A stretch of DNA of 64,000 nucleotides from an uncultured delta proteobacterium. Lineage in GTDB: Bacteria > Desulfobacterota > Binatia > Binatales > Binataceae. A program made the position numbers and the translations under genes. This document shows positions 19,731 to 29,998 of this stretch, one piece after another. Each line of letters begins with the position of its first letter. The stretch's first letter is position 1. The stretch spans positions 1,472,001-1,536,000 of the forward strand of contig CAVRVY010000004.1 in assembly GCA_963724765.1 (NCBI GenBank), read 5' to 3'. Below the pieces are notes generated by a model. That model searched no databases and was not told where the DNA came from. It saw only the letters and a list, made by a program, of their open reading frames with translations.

Positions 19731-19931
19731 TCACTGAGGCGCCTCCATAGTCTGTTCAACCATCCAGCGCTCAATCCTGTCCTTCAGGAATCGCCAATCC
19801 GCGCCGATGCGGAAGCTTGGAATCCTGCCCTGCTTGATCATCTTATAAAGTGTAGACGGGTGGACTCGTAGTAGATCGGAAACTTCCTTTACCGTCAGGA
19901 TTTCGGGATCGACTGCCATACGATTCATCAC
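19731..19931 (-). CDS. Stand-alone excisionase-like HTH_17 DNA-binding protein
   Basis: ILTVKEVSDLLRVHPSTLYKMIKQGRIPSFRIGADWRF; AAGGAG RBS. Confidence 0.85.
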   Translation of the reverse strand: MMNRMAVDPEILTVKEVSDLLRVHPSTLYKMIKQGRIPSFRIGADWRFLKDRIERWMVEQTMEAPQ

Positions 19932-19976
19932 GCGCTCCTTTCTTTGGATTAGCGGTAACTCCTTCGTTTCGAGCGC

Positions 19977-19992
19977 AGCAATAGGCGTGCCG
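19977..19992 (-). promoter_or_regulatory. sigma54-type promoter
   Basis: CGGCACGCCTATTGCT, near-consensus, about 45 nt upstream of the HTH_17 gene. Confidence 0.7.
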
Positions 19993-20294
19993 CCGACCCG
20001 CTTGCATTTATGGCCCTAAACCGTCGGCTCGAGGCGTGCTTAGCAAATTTTTCAGGCAAGATTTTCAGGTCTGCCAATAGCCCGATGGATATAGCCCAGC
20101 GACAAATCGCTTGCTGGTGCCGAGTACACTGACCCGAGGAAAAAGCGTGATGAGGACGGCGGAAACCCCTTTAAGTCCTGACTTGAGACTTTCCGGACCG
20201 CGCGCTCGGAGATCAAGAGTTTTTCAGCACGCGCCGCTCTCACGCAAAAAGGCGTGTCTGCGAGGTGGCAAACCCGGTCAGCCAAAACCTGTTG

Positions 20295-20853
20295 CTAGGA
20301 AGCCGGTACTATTATGGTTGGCGGAAATGGTGGCGTCACGGCAGGCGGTTCTGACGCAGGCTGTTTCAAGGGATGCAGCGGTGCTGGAATGAGTTCCGTC
20401 GAGTGACTGGGCTGCTGAACGACGGCTTTTTCATGAAAGTGGATGTTAGAACTCACAAGAACTCCGGGTTTCACGCCCACGAGCCTGTCAGACGAATAGC
20501 AGAAAGTCACCGGATGCTTTTCGTTCTTAGTTAAAGCCTCTGTCGGAGTGAGGACGATTTCGCTCAGGCCCAATGTAAGGACATCCGCCGTGCCCTCCAA
20601 AAGAGCAACTCCAGCCTTACCGCCAGCTCCGTAACCTCTCGTATAGAGACGGTACATCTCGCACTTCGTACCATCCGCCTCAAAAGCGCTGACCTCAGGA
20701 GCGCCCAATCGTTGGCGTACGGAACTCCGAGATTGTCCGACTTCGAACTTATGTAAATCTGTAGGTGTTGGTTGGGCGGTTCGCTTCCATAAACACCGAG
20801 CAACCGGATCCCGCAAAAACTACGACCGCCAGCCAGAGATTGTGCCATTTCAT
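20295..20853 (-). pseudogene. Lipoprotein (SmpA/BamE-like fold possible), frameshift at ~20770
   Basis: MKWHNLWLAVVVFAGSGC lipobox in one frame; PTPTDLHKFEVGQSRSSVRQRLGAP in another; CCAACCAA duplication at the junction. Confidence 0.6.
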
Positions 20854-21687
20854 GTAACTATCCGCGCCGATCAACGTCGGCACTTAGCCGCCTCAAGCAT
20901 TTTGGTCTGCTGCAGCTCGAGCATTCCGCAATGCGTCGGTACTCATTACGGTCATATCGCGCGATGGTATTTATGCGTCGCAACGTCTGGCGCTGCCCAT
21001 TCATCATTAATTCTCTGTCAACCCGCCAGAGGGGTTATCAGCTGGGCCACTTTTAAAGCTTCTTTAGCATTGCCCAATTCTGCAGTGTTCTGAAACTTGC
21101 TTGCTCTCGATCTGATGATAAACAGCAAAACAGCGTCCACCCTCGCTGGCCACGAGCGCGAGACAAGGGACCTATCCGCCAGCGAGTTTTGATTCTGGCC
21201 CCCTTTGTTAACGGGCGGCCATCAATGAAAGATCCCGTTTTGTAAATGTCGGACGAAAACGTGTCGTCAGGTTTTGTAAAATAGAGCCTGGCGGCAGGTT
21301 CTCGTTTATAGCGGATTCCCTTGTAGAAATTCCGCTCAGACACTCAAGGGCGAGCAATAGTAGGCTATCGCCCAAAAGGCAGGCGCAAAGTGATCTTTTC
21401 GGCTCGCGTTTTGCACGCCTCCTTATTCACATCTCCTCGAGGTCGTACCATGCCTGAATGGATTACGCTCTAACGATCGAAGATTTTCGCTAATCTGAAC
21501 GCAGCGGGAGCTTTCCGACAGCCGAAATCGGACAGTCGATGCGATTGTTTGATATTCAAGTCATCATTAGAGCATAGGCAAGACAACATACAATGGCGTG
21601 ATGAAGCCAGCTATTTTTCGGTGCCGTTAAGCTCTTAGTGGTGATATCGTTGAATCGTATTTACCGGCCCTGTCACAGGAGGACGTC

Positions 21688-23109
21688 GTGCGTACTCGCC
21701 TCATTCATCTCATCAATCCGAAAACGGATTCGCTTACGACCCGCCCCCTGTACATGAATCGAGCGTTGTACTCGCCGCTTGCAGGTCTACTCGCAGTTGC
21801 CGCATCCATTCCTCGCGACCAGTACGAAGTCGTCCTCACAGACGAGAACATCGAGACGATAGACTTCGATTTGAAGGCCGACCTCGTCGGGATTTCCGCG
21901 ATGACGAGTTACGCCAACCGCGGCTACGAAATCGCCGACCAATTCCGCGCCAAGGGTGTGCCCGTCGTCATGGGCGGGGTGCATCCAAGCTTCATGCCGC
22001 AGGAAGCTCTGAAACATTGCGACGCTGTCGTTATCGGCGAAGTCGAGCTCGTGATCGACAAGCTGCTCGATGATCTCAAACAAGGGTCGATGCGCGGACC
22101 CTATAAATCGAACACGCTGCATCCGATGGTCGGAATGCCGATGCCGCGGTATGATCTTCTGAAGAAGAACCGGTACGTGAACCGCACTTTCGTGCAGACT
22201 TCACGCGGTTGCCACCAAGGTTGTACGTTCTGCGCCGAACCCCTGATGAACGGCCTCAAGTTCCGCTATCGGCCGGTCGATGAGGTCATTTACGAGATGG
22301 AGAACTGCGGTGCGCGCACCATCTCGATCAACAACGCCGACTTTTTCGGCACGCCAGAGCGTCCGAAGGAAGTGATGCGCGCGTTGAAGGGACGCGGCAT
22401 CCGGTGGCAGGCCGGAGTGACCTCCAAACTCGCCCAGGACGACCGCATGCTCGAGCTCGCGGCCGAAAGCGGCTGCACAATGCTGAGCATCGGCTTTGAG
22501 TCGATCTCGCGCGCGACACTCAAAAGCGTGCACAAGCATGTCAATCGGCCGGAGACATTCGCCGCCCTGGTAGAGAAAGTCCACTCTTACGGGATCATGG
22601 TGTTCGGCTTATTCATCTTTGGCTTCGACGACGACGATCGTTCGATTTTCGACGAAACCGTCAACTTCAACATCGACGCCAAATACGACGCTTGTGCCTA
22701 TTCGGCGCTTACTCCCTATCCGGGCACCCTCACCTGGTACGACATGAAGAAGGCGAATCGTATCGTTTCCTTCGACTGGACGATGTACGATCAGGGCCAT
22801 GTCGTCTATTGCCCCGCGCAGATGTTGGCGGACGAGCTCCGCATCGGCCTAAGGGGCGCATACGAGGGTTTCTATTCGACATCGTCAATCGCCAGCCGAT
22901 TCCCGCTGCTGGGTAAACGGCATCGCACGCAATGGCTGATCTACAATCTTTTCATGCGCAAAGCGTCGCGGACCCTGAACATTGATTCAATCGCGGCACC
23001 GACGGCGGAGCCCGAGGTTGCTCCGATGCCCCCGATCCTGCCCGTCAAACGCGAATGGCGTGCGGCAGTGCTTGAGGCAGCAGGCGGACCGGGCCCACAT
23101 CTGAGCTGA
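21688..23109 (+). CDS. B12-binding radical SAM protein
   Basis: LVGISAMT, VVMGGVHPS, SRGCHQGCTFC (CxxxCxxC), IGFES, PYPGT; GGAGG RBS. Confidence 0.93.
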   Translation: MRTRLIHLINPKTDSLTTRPLYMNRALYSPLAGLLAVAASIPRDQYEVVLTDENIETIDFDLKADLVGISAMTSYANRGYEIADQFRAKGVPVVMGGVHPSFMPQEALKHCDAVVIGEVELVIDKLLDDLKQGSMRGPYKSNTLHPMVGMPMPRYDLLKKNRYVNRTFVQTSRGCHQGCTFCAEPLMNGLKFRYRPVDEVIYEMENCGARTISINNADFFGTPERPKEVMRALKGRGIRWQAGVTSKLAQDDRMLELAAESGCTMLSIGFESISRATLKSVHKHVNRPETFAALVEKVHSYGIMVFGLFIFGFDDDDRSIFDETVNFNIDAKYDACAYSALTPYPGTLTWYDMKKANRIVSFDWTMYDQGHVVYCPAQMLADELRIGLRGAYEGFYSTSSIASRFPLLGKRHRTQWLIYNLFMRKASRTLNIDSIAAPTAEPEVAPMPPILPVKREWRAAVLEAAGGPGPHLS

Positions 23110-23270
23110 AGCGACGTTCAACAAACAACAGACACTTGGAACACCGCAGTGCCGGGTAGCGGCGATACAGCAGTAAGTCGCCAATCCTCAGTTAGACATT
23201 ACCGCAGAGAATTGTTTCTCCTGGAACGGCCATGAGTCGCAGGGGCCGTAATAGCCATTCTACAGGGGAT

Positions 23271-23286
23271 TGGCCCGTCTGTTGCG
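23271..23286 (+). promoter_or_regulatory. sigma54-type promoter
   Basis: TGGCCCGTCTGTTGCG (GG-N10-GC) upstream of the ACAD operon. Confidence 0.55.
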
Positions 23287-23307
23287 TATGATCGATATAT
23301 CGATTAA

Positions 23308-23347
23308 CAACCGACAAAACCATCATGCAACCCACAAAACCATCATG
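23308..23347 (+). repeat. 20-bp tandem direct repeat (19/20 identical)
   Basis: CAACCGACAAAACCATCATG CAACCCACAAAACCATCATG. Confidence 0.85.
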
Positions 23348-23387
23348 GATTTTGTGAAAAAAAATCCAACCATGCCTTAATTACCAG

Positions 23388-24575
23388 ATGTGGAAAGGAT
23401 CAGTGACAAAAGATCAATGCGAGCGTGGCCTCGGCTGTCTGCCCGATCAGCTGAAGACCTCACAGATTGACTCGAATCAGCGAGCTCAGCGGTTGCTGGC
23501 ACAGCTAGTCGAAATGATACCGCGGATGGAGCGGAATGCCAGCGAACTCGACCGTAAAAGTGAATTCCCGACCGCTGAGTTGGACGAGCTGCGCGATATA
23601 GGGGCATTGGCGGCGGTGGCGCCGGAGCGTTTTGGTGGACTGGGCTTTGGGATCGAATCGAAGAGAACATTTGACCTATTCAATCTCCTCCGCCTGATAG
23701 GACGCGGAAATCTCGCGTTGGGGCGAGTTTTCGAAGGCCACGTAAACGCGTTCGGGTTGGTGGCGGTGTATGGCAATGAAGCGCAACTCGCCGAAGCGTC
23801 ACGCGACGCACGCGAGGGAAATCTGTTCGCGATTTGGAATACGGAACCGCCGGAAGGGTTGCGAGTGGTAGGCACAAGCCTGAAAGGGACTAAGGTTTTT
23901 TGCTCAGCCGCGGGCTACGCGACCAGGGCCTTGGTCACGGCAAAGACTGAGAACGGTGAATCCCGAATGCTGCTCCTTCCGTTAGAGCGCGGGAAGCGGA
24001 CGGAACCAATGGAGTTCCGTCCCCAGGGGATGCGGGCTGCAACTACAAAGCGGATGGTGTTCGACGGACTTTCCATACCTGCGAACGCATTCATTGGCCA
24101 TGCGAATGACTACGTCAGAGAGCCGGCTTTTTCCGGGGGAGCCTGGCGTGCGTCGGCAGTTACCCTGGGCGGATTGGAAGCTTTGATCGAAGAGACGCGA
24201 GTGCAACTCGTAAGACGCGGGAGACATCGCAGTTCTCATCAACAGACGCGGATGGGCCATGCGATTATCGCACAGGAGACTGCGCGCTTGTGGTGTCAGC
24301 AGGCCGCGCTGATTGCGGAAGGGTCTCTCGCCAACCCGGAAGAGAAGACCGCTTATGTGAACTTGGCCCGGACAGCGATTGAAACCGCCACGATGGATGC
24401 GATGAGACTTGTCCAGCGCTCAATCGGGTTGGCTGGTTTCCTCGAGCCGAACCCGATCGAAAGGCTTATGCGCGACTTGGGAACCTATCTGCGTCAGCCG
24501 GCTCCGGATGAGGCTTTGGCGGAGGCAGCAGGCTGGTTCTTCGAGAATGGCGGTCTGCCGCGCCTGGAATCATGA
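23388..24575 (+). CDS. Acyl-CoA dehydrogenase-fold protein
   Basis: GRVFEGHVNA, GTKVFCSAAG, GMRAATT, PIERLMRDLGTYLRQP; start codon uncertain. Confidence 0.85.
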   Translation: MWKGSVTKDQCERGLGCLPDQLKTSQIDSNQRAQRLLAQLVEMIPRMERNASELDRKSEFPTAELDELRDIGALAAVAPERFGGLGFGIESKRTFDLFNLLRLIGRGNLALGRVFEGHVNAFGLVAVYGNEAQLAEASRDAREGNLFAIWNTEPPEGLRVVGTSLKGTKVFCSAAGYATRALVTAKTENGESRMLLLPLERGKRTEPMEFRPQGMRAATTKRMVFDGLSIPANAFIGHANDYVREPAFSGGAWRASAVTLGGLEALIEETRVQLVRRGRHRSSHQQTRMGHAIIAQETARLWCQQAALIAEGSLANPEEKTAYVNLARTAIETATMDAMRLVQRSIGLAGFLEPNPIERLMRDLGTYLRQPAPDEALAEAAGWFFENGGLPRLES

Positions 24576-25309
24576 TTCGCGCCGCGGATATCTTTTCCCA
24601 CCTTCGAGCGCTTCCGCTGGCCGGACTCGATACGATTGCGAATGATGGCAATGTGATGGTGTTGGCACCGCATCCTGACGACGAGAGTCTCGGCTGCGGC
24701 GGACTCATCACTCAACTAGCAGCTAAAGGTCAGCCGCCGGTGGTCGTAATTGTCACTGATGGGACTGGCTCTCATCCTTCCTCGCGCAGCTACCCACCTA
24801 CGCGTCTGCGCGTTTTGCGCGAACGCGAAGCGCTCGAGGCTGTCACCATTCTCGGACTTCCCGCCGAACGGCTACATTTTCTGCGCTTGCGTGACACTGC
24901 GACACCGCAATACGGACCGGAATTTGATTCAACCGTCAATGTCATCGCAGGCTTGATGAGAGATAACGGATGCCGTGTGCTTTGCGCGCCGTGGATCCAT
25001 GATCCGCATTGCGACCACGAGGGTGCGCAATTGATTGCTCGCGCCGCCGCAAAGAACACGGGCGCCGCACTGCTCTCTTATCCTGTCTGGGGATGGCTAT
25101 TGGCGGAGGAGACGCCGCTGCCCGACACGACCTTGGAGGGCTGGCGGCTGGACATCCATGAACACTTACCGTTAAAGCGCCGAGCGATAGCCGCTCACGC
25201 CTCGCAGTATTCCGATCTGATAATGGATGATCCAAATGGTTTTCGATTGCCGCCCGATTTGCTTTCTGTATTTGAGCAGCCCTACGAAGTGATTCTTCGA
25301 AACTATTGA
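24572..25309 (+). CDS. PIG-L/LmbE family deacetylase
   Basis: APHPDDESLGCGG, RxRE, DPHCDH, AHASQ; ATGA overlap with the upstream gene. Confidence 0.92.
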   Translation: MIRAADIFSHLRALPLAGLDTIANDGNVMVLAPHPDDESLGCGGLITQLAAKGQPPVVVIVTDGTGSHPSSRSYPPTRLRVLREREALEAVTILGLPAERLHFLRLRDTATPQYGPEFDSTVNVIAGLMRDNGCRVLCAPWIHDPHCDHEGAQLIARAAAKNTGAALLSYPVWGWLLAEETPLPDTTLEGWRLDIHEHLPLKRRAIAAHASQYSDLIMDDPNGFRLPPDLLSVFEQPYEVILRNY

Positions 25310-25995
25310 GCAGACGACGCAAATCGTTGACTGCGGATTACTTTGAAGCTCTTTACGCCGTGGAGCCCGATCCTTGGCGATTTGCGACCAGCCGCTATGA
25401 GCGCCGCAAATATGCCGCGACGCTGGAGGCACTGGATGATCGTGAATTTCATGCCGCGTTCGAGGTCGGCTGCTCGATCGGTGTTTTTACCCGGCAACTC
25501 GCGCGCCACTGCCGCTCACTCCTCGCTGTCGACGTGGCAGAGCGAGCGTTGGAACAAGCGCGTCACAATTGCAAGGGGTTGCAACAGGTGCGCATCGAAC
25601 GGATGCAAATACCCGCGGAGTGGCCGGACGTTGAATTGGACCTGATTGTGTTCTCAGAGGTCCTTTATTACCTCAGCAAGGAGGATATCAACCGTGCCGC
25701 TGCACGCTCCGTAGTCAGTTTGGCGCCGGGCGGACTTATCCTGCTGGTGCATTGGACTGGTCAGACCGACTATCCATGCCAGGGACACGAAGCGGTTGCG
25801 CACTATCTCGAAGCTTGCGGTGACGAGGTCCGGCCTCTGCTCCATCGTCAAGAGCCGAGGTACCGCCTGGACTTGCTGATGCGAAAAGAGCCGAATCGAG
25901 GCCGCCGCCCTCGGCGCACGCATGCAAAATCTGGCGGGCTCGTTCGATCTCGTATTCAAGATCGACTACCGCAACTCTTCGCTTCACGAGCTTAG
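25306..25995 (+). CDS. NodS-like SAM-dependent methyltransferase
   Basis: DPWRF.TS.YERRKY, EVGCSIG, FSEVLYYL, VHW. Confidence 0.9.
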   Translation: MSRRRKSLTADYFEALYAVEPDPWRFATSRYERRKYAATLEALDDREFHAAFEVGCSIGVFTRQLARHCRSLLAVDVAERALEQARHNCKGLQQVRIERMQIPAEWPDVELDLIVFSEVLYYLSKEDINRAAARSVVSLAPGGLILLVHWTGQTDYPCQGHEAVAHYLEACGDEVRPLLHRQEPRYRLDLLMRKEPNRGRRPRRTHAKSGGLVRSRIQDRLPQLFASRA

Positions 25996-26973
25996 GACTC
26001 CGTGATTCAATGCGCGCCCAAGCTGCGCCGAAATGGGGCAATGACATTGCTTTTCGAATCTCTTCGGAAGGCATCAGCAGAGCTCGCGACAGTACCGGCA
26101 GGCGGGGTGCTAATTCCTCTCGTATTCCCCACGCCGCGCGGGCGAATTTTCGCAGACAGGCTCGCCAAGTGGCGTTGAAGGCTGGTTCCAGGCGATCGTC
26201 GAGCATCTTATCCGGTTGGATAATTCGGCGGCGAATCGTATCCGCCATACCACCTGCTGCACGCCCCACAATTCGCCCAGATACTACGACACGAACCTCG
26301 GGGGCGTGACGGATGCGAGCATCGACGTGCCGCAGCGCTTCGAAAAAGGCGCGGTCTTCGCCCAAAGCAACCTGCGGGATGCCGCCGGCCCGGCGGTATT
26401 CATTGACGGTCACGGCGATGCTCGCGCCAGAATGCTCGCTATGGCGAGGCCACGGGTCAATGGGATCGGAGTCGAGACGGGCGTGAATCTCGTCCAATAG
26501 GGCGGCGTAGCGCACTCCCGTGCGTCATCCTCGTGGAGCTTCGGCGGTATAAGTGCCGCGTCTACAGGATCGATCTCAATGCGACCGAAGACGGCGTCGG
26601 CGCCTTGCCGTAGTGCGAGAAGATTGCCGGCAATCCAATTGGTACAGACGCACGCGTCCGCGTCTGTTGTAAGCAACACTCCCTTGGGCGTTACAAGTTT
26701 TTCGGCAGCCTGCATTGCCAGACGGCGAGCGTAGCCGGCGGTCGCTTTTTCAGTAGGAAGACAGACCTCGAATTGGTGAATCCGAATGGGCAAATCGTGC
26801 GCCAGGTTTCTTACGACCAAAGCAGTATCGTCCGAGCAGTTATTGAGCAACAGCACGACTCGATGGTCTGATACGCCCGACTGCAGCGACAAAGCCCGCA
26901 AGCAACGCGCGATATGATCAGCTTCGTCCTTAACGGGTATCGCGATCACAACAGAAGGCTGTTCTTCGGGCAT
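25736..26973 (-). pseudogene. GT2 glycosyltransferase, -1 frameshift at ~26512
   Basis: IPVKDE, NNCSDDT, TTDAD in the 5' part; HSGAS, GEDRAF, VVVSGR..GRA.GG in the 3' part; junction GAG TGC GC^TAC GCC. Confidence 0.8.
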
Positions 26974-27064
26974 TTACAATTACAATCTGCCCTAGGAAGG
27001 CAGACTTCGCTCAAGCATCGCGACCGATAGGAATTTTTGCGTCATTGGCATCTTCGGTATATGC

Positions 27065-27080
27065 AGCAATTTTCCTGCCA
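27065..27080 (-). promoter_or_regulatory. sigma54-type promoter
   Basis: TGGCAGGAAAATTGCT upstream of GT2. Confidence 0.65.
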
Positions 27081-27319
27081 TCTATTCTGCCGCTCATCTT
27101 GGTGGTTACCGGACGCGATTAGACACATTTGCACGCGGGAGACGAGATGGTGGCCGCGTTACCGATGAAAATATATCTGACGTCAGCAAAAATCGCTTCT
27201 AAGAAAGTGAGGCCAGATGAGCGCCTGGTCAATGGCGCCGTAGAGGTGTACTGCTAACGGGCTACTGCTTTTGCAACTTTTCAATTCTTTATGCGTTTTA
27301 GCAGTGCCTGATAACTGAA

Positions 27320-27680
27320 AAGCCCTCTAGGAAAGTATCTCGGTGGTTTGTTGCCAGCCGGAATTGCTTCTTCAGGCTGCAGACTTTGTTTTATCGATCG
27401 GCATTATCGCTTGTTTGTTCTGAGCTATGTACAGATTCCTGCCGAAGGCCACAATAAAACGGCGTAATGTGTGGGTCAGCGCGATTGTGACTTCATTCCT
27501 TTTCAAAGTAGGGAAGCTGGGTATAGGCAAAAGCGCTGCCGGTTCCTCCTGCGGTGCTGCCGGATCAATGCTTGTGCTTTTGCTCTGCGTTTACTATTCG
27601 GGCTGATTTTTTACTTCGGAGCAGAGTTTACGAAAGTGTATACTTACCGATATCGCTCACGACAAATTGCAGGGCAATCG
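27320..27680 (+). pseudogene. Decayed YihY/BrkB family membrane protein (C-terminal half)
   Basis: Across frames: LLQAADFVLSIGIIACLF..MYRFLP and GAAGSMLVLLLCVYYS-LIFYFGAEFTKVY. Confidence 0.7.
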
Positions 27681-29957
27681 ACGGTGGAGCGATCCGAGGT
27701 CGTCAAGCGCAGGAGTCCAGAATCGGCTGAGCCAGAATCCGACCGAGCGAGGATGGTCCGAGATGAAACTAGGACGACCGGGGCCTACTTGACAAAGAGT
27801 GTGGCTGCTCCTGGCGGAACACAGAGAAACCAGCAGGTCTGTCGTTGGGTCGAGGGGCTTGTTCATGTGACGATCACAGCCCGCTTCCAGTGAGCGCTGC
27901 TGATCCTCTTTCTGTCCATAACCGGAAGCGGCAATTATTATCAGCCGACCGCCCGTCGGCTGTGCGCGCAACCTTCGAGCGACTTCGTAGCCATCAATAA
28001 CCGGCAGCCCGATGTCGAGCAACACTGCGTCGGGACGAAAATCTGATGTTAGCTTGATTGCAGCATCGCCATCGTACGCCAACTGCACTTCGAAACCCGA
28101 CCACTGCAGCAATTGAGCTACAGTCTGCGCCGCGTCTTGATTGTCATCCACCACTAAAACTCGAAGTCCATTGCATGGCGCCTGCGACACCTGCGGCCGC
28201 GCGGATTCAGCTGATGAAAGCCCCTTGTCATGCAACAGTGGCACTCTGATGACGAATTCACTTCCTTTATTAGGTCCAGCACTGTAGGCATCCACGCTGC
28301 CGCCATGTAAATCGATCAGATGTCGTACCAAGGTAAGGCCGACGCCAAGGCCGTCATGAAGAGAATTGGGTGGACGCTCGCCCTGAGCGAAAAGATCGAA
28401 AATGTTTGAAAGCATCTTCCTCGAAATCCCGGCGCCACTATCAGCCACTCGGAAAACTACTTCATTGTCCTCCTGATAGGCGGCAAGAGAGATCGATCCG
28501 CCTTCGGGAGTGTACCTCGCGGCGTTGTTCAACAAGTTGCCCAAAACTTGAGCGATGCGGCCCGGATCGGCTTTTATCCACAATGGCCGCGGCGGAGCTG
28601 AGATGGTGAAATGATGCCTGCGGGAGTCAAGCAGCGGTTTGCTGATCTCGACCGCAGTACGAATCGCTTCGGAGACTTCGAGAGGCTCGAGCTGGAGTTC
28701 AATCTTGCCGCGCGTAATCCGCGAGACGTCCAGGAGATCGTCGACTAAGCGTCCAAGATGCTTCACTTGGCGCTCGAGGACCCCTTGGGTCCAGCTCAAC
28801 CGCTCAGGATCCGAACCCACGACACGCAGCAACTCGGCAGCATTTCGGATCGGCGTCAACGGATTACGTAATTCATGGCCCAGCATGGCAAGAAATTCGC
28901 TCTTGTGGCGGTCTGCATCCTGAAGCTGCCGATATAGCTGCGCATTGTCCAAAGCGATGGCTGCGCGGCCAGTCAAATCCTCCAACAATAACAAGTCCGG
29001 ACCGCTGAACAAGCGAGCGACAGAACCCACGGCAAAGCACACCACTCCCACAATGCGGCTTCGGGCGCTCAGCGGAAAGATCGCTCCTGAACGAAGCGTT
29101 GGGACATCGGCCAATCGACCTTGATCGGCCTCTGTTCCGAGCATCTGCTCTCCAAACGGTGGGGTCGAATCGTTATTCTCGAAAAACTGCGGCTTGCGCG
29201 TGGCGAGCGCCTGTTCGACTCCCGGCCCGAGTGGCGCAGGAAGTATTTCGGTCGAGATGTTGCCCTGCAGCCCGCCCGCGGTTATCCACGCGAGTTCAGT
29301 CCTCTCGAGTCCGCCACGTTCCGTGACAGACGTGAAGCTGCAAAAGTCAGCCAGAGAAGGAACTACCAAGGAGAACAGTTCATGCACCGTGGTCCAGAAA
29401 TCAAGTGAACTGAAGAGCGCCCTCGTGGCGTCGGCCAGCAGAATGGAACGCCGGCTCGCCTCCTCCGCGGCCGCGCGCGCCGCCTGTTCTCTAACCAACG
29501 CGATGCGTTCGTCAACCTGCCGCTTGGCGGCTTGCGTCATACAATACAGATCGACGAACACTTTTACCTTTGTCCGTAATATTTCCGGGATCACCGGAGA
29601 AAGGATGTAATCAACGGCTCCTAGCGAGTATCCCTGCATGGTAAGCATTTCGTCGGGATAGGCAGTGATGAAAATAATTGGGGTATGCGCCGATCTTTTG
29701 CGTTTGCGTATCAACGCAGCGGTCTCTAGGCCATCGAGGCCAGGCATATTCACGTCCAGCAGGACGACCGCGAATTCATGTTCGAGCACTAATTTCAGAG
29801 CTTCCTCGCCGGAGCCCGCAGTGATTATCTCTTGTTCCAGCTCCTGCAGAATCGATTCGAATGCCAAGAGCTTATCCGGGCGGTCGTCTACCACCAGGAT
29901 TTTGGCGTCATGGTCTTCAGGGTCGTATAGCCGAGACCCACCAGTCATGGCTCCCAT
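27657..29957 (-). CDS. Hybrid sensor kinase REC-GAF-HisKA-HATPase-REC
   Basis: VVDD..LLDVNMP, GHELRNPL, NLLNNAARYT, DSGAGI, GLGVGL, LLDIGLP. Confidence 0.92.
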   Translation of the reverse strand: MGAMTGGSRLYDPEDHDAKILVVDDRPDKLLAFESILQELEQEIITAGSGEEALKLVLEHEFAVVLLDVNMPGLDGLETAALIRKRKRSAHTPIIFITAYPDEMLTMQGYSLGAVDYILSPVIPEILRTKVKVFVDLYCMTQAAKRQVDERIALVREQAARAAAEEASRRSILLADATRALFSSLDFWTTVHELFSLVVPSLADFCSFTSVTERGGLERTELAWITAGGLQGNISTEILPAPLGPGVEQALATRKPQFFENNDSTPPFGEQMLGTEADQGRLADVPTLRSGAIFPLSARSRIVGVVCFAVGSVARLFSGPDLLLLEDLTGRAAIALDNAQLYRQLQDADRHKSEFLAMLGHELRNPLTPIRNAAELLRVVGSDPERLSWTQGVLERQVKHLGRLVDDLLDVSRITRGKIELQLEPLEVSEAIRTAVEISKPLLDSRRHHFTISAPPRPLWIKADPGRIAQVLGNLLNNAARYTPEGGSISLAAYQEDNEVVFRVADSGAGISRKMLSNIFDLFAQGERPPNSLHDGLGVGLTLVRHLIDLHGGSVDAYSAGPNKGSEFVIRVPLLHDKGLSSAESARPQVSQAPCNGLRVLVVDDNQDAAQTVAQLLQWSGFEVQLAYDGDAAIKLTSDFRPDAVLLDIGLPVIDGYEVARRLRAQPTGGRLIIIAASGYGQKEDQQRSLEAGCDRHMNKPLDPTTDLLVSLCSARSSHTLCQVGPGRPSFISDHPRSVGFWLSRFWTPALDDLGSLHRRLPCNLS

Positions 29958-29998
29958 ATCATCGACCTCTCACCCAGTTCAGCTCCGATTCTTCGGGT

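Noticed and set aside
19032-19931. Prophage or ICE suggested by excisionase-like genes
   Set aside because: No integrase, phage structural genes, conjugation genes or tRNA att site seen
21053-21343. 96-aa ORF in an AT-richer gap
   Set aside because: No RBS or motif recognised; cannot distinguish from a spurious ORF
27255-27276. sigma54-like site before the YihY relic
   Set aside because: GG-to-GC spacing is 11 nt rather than the required 10
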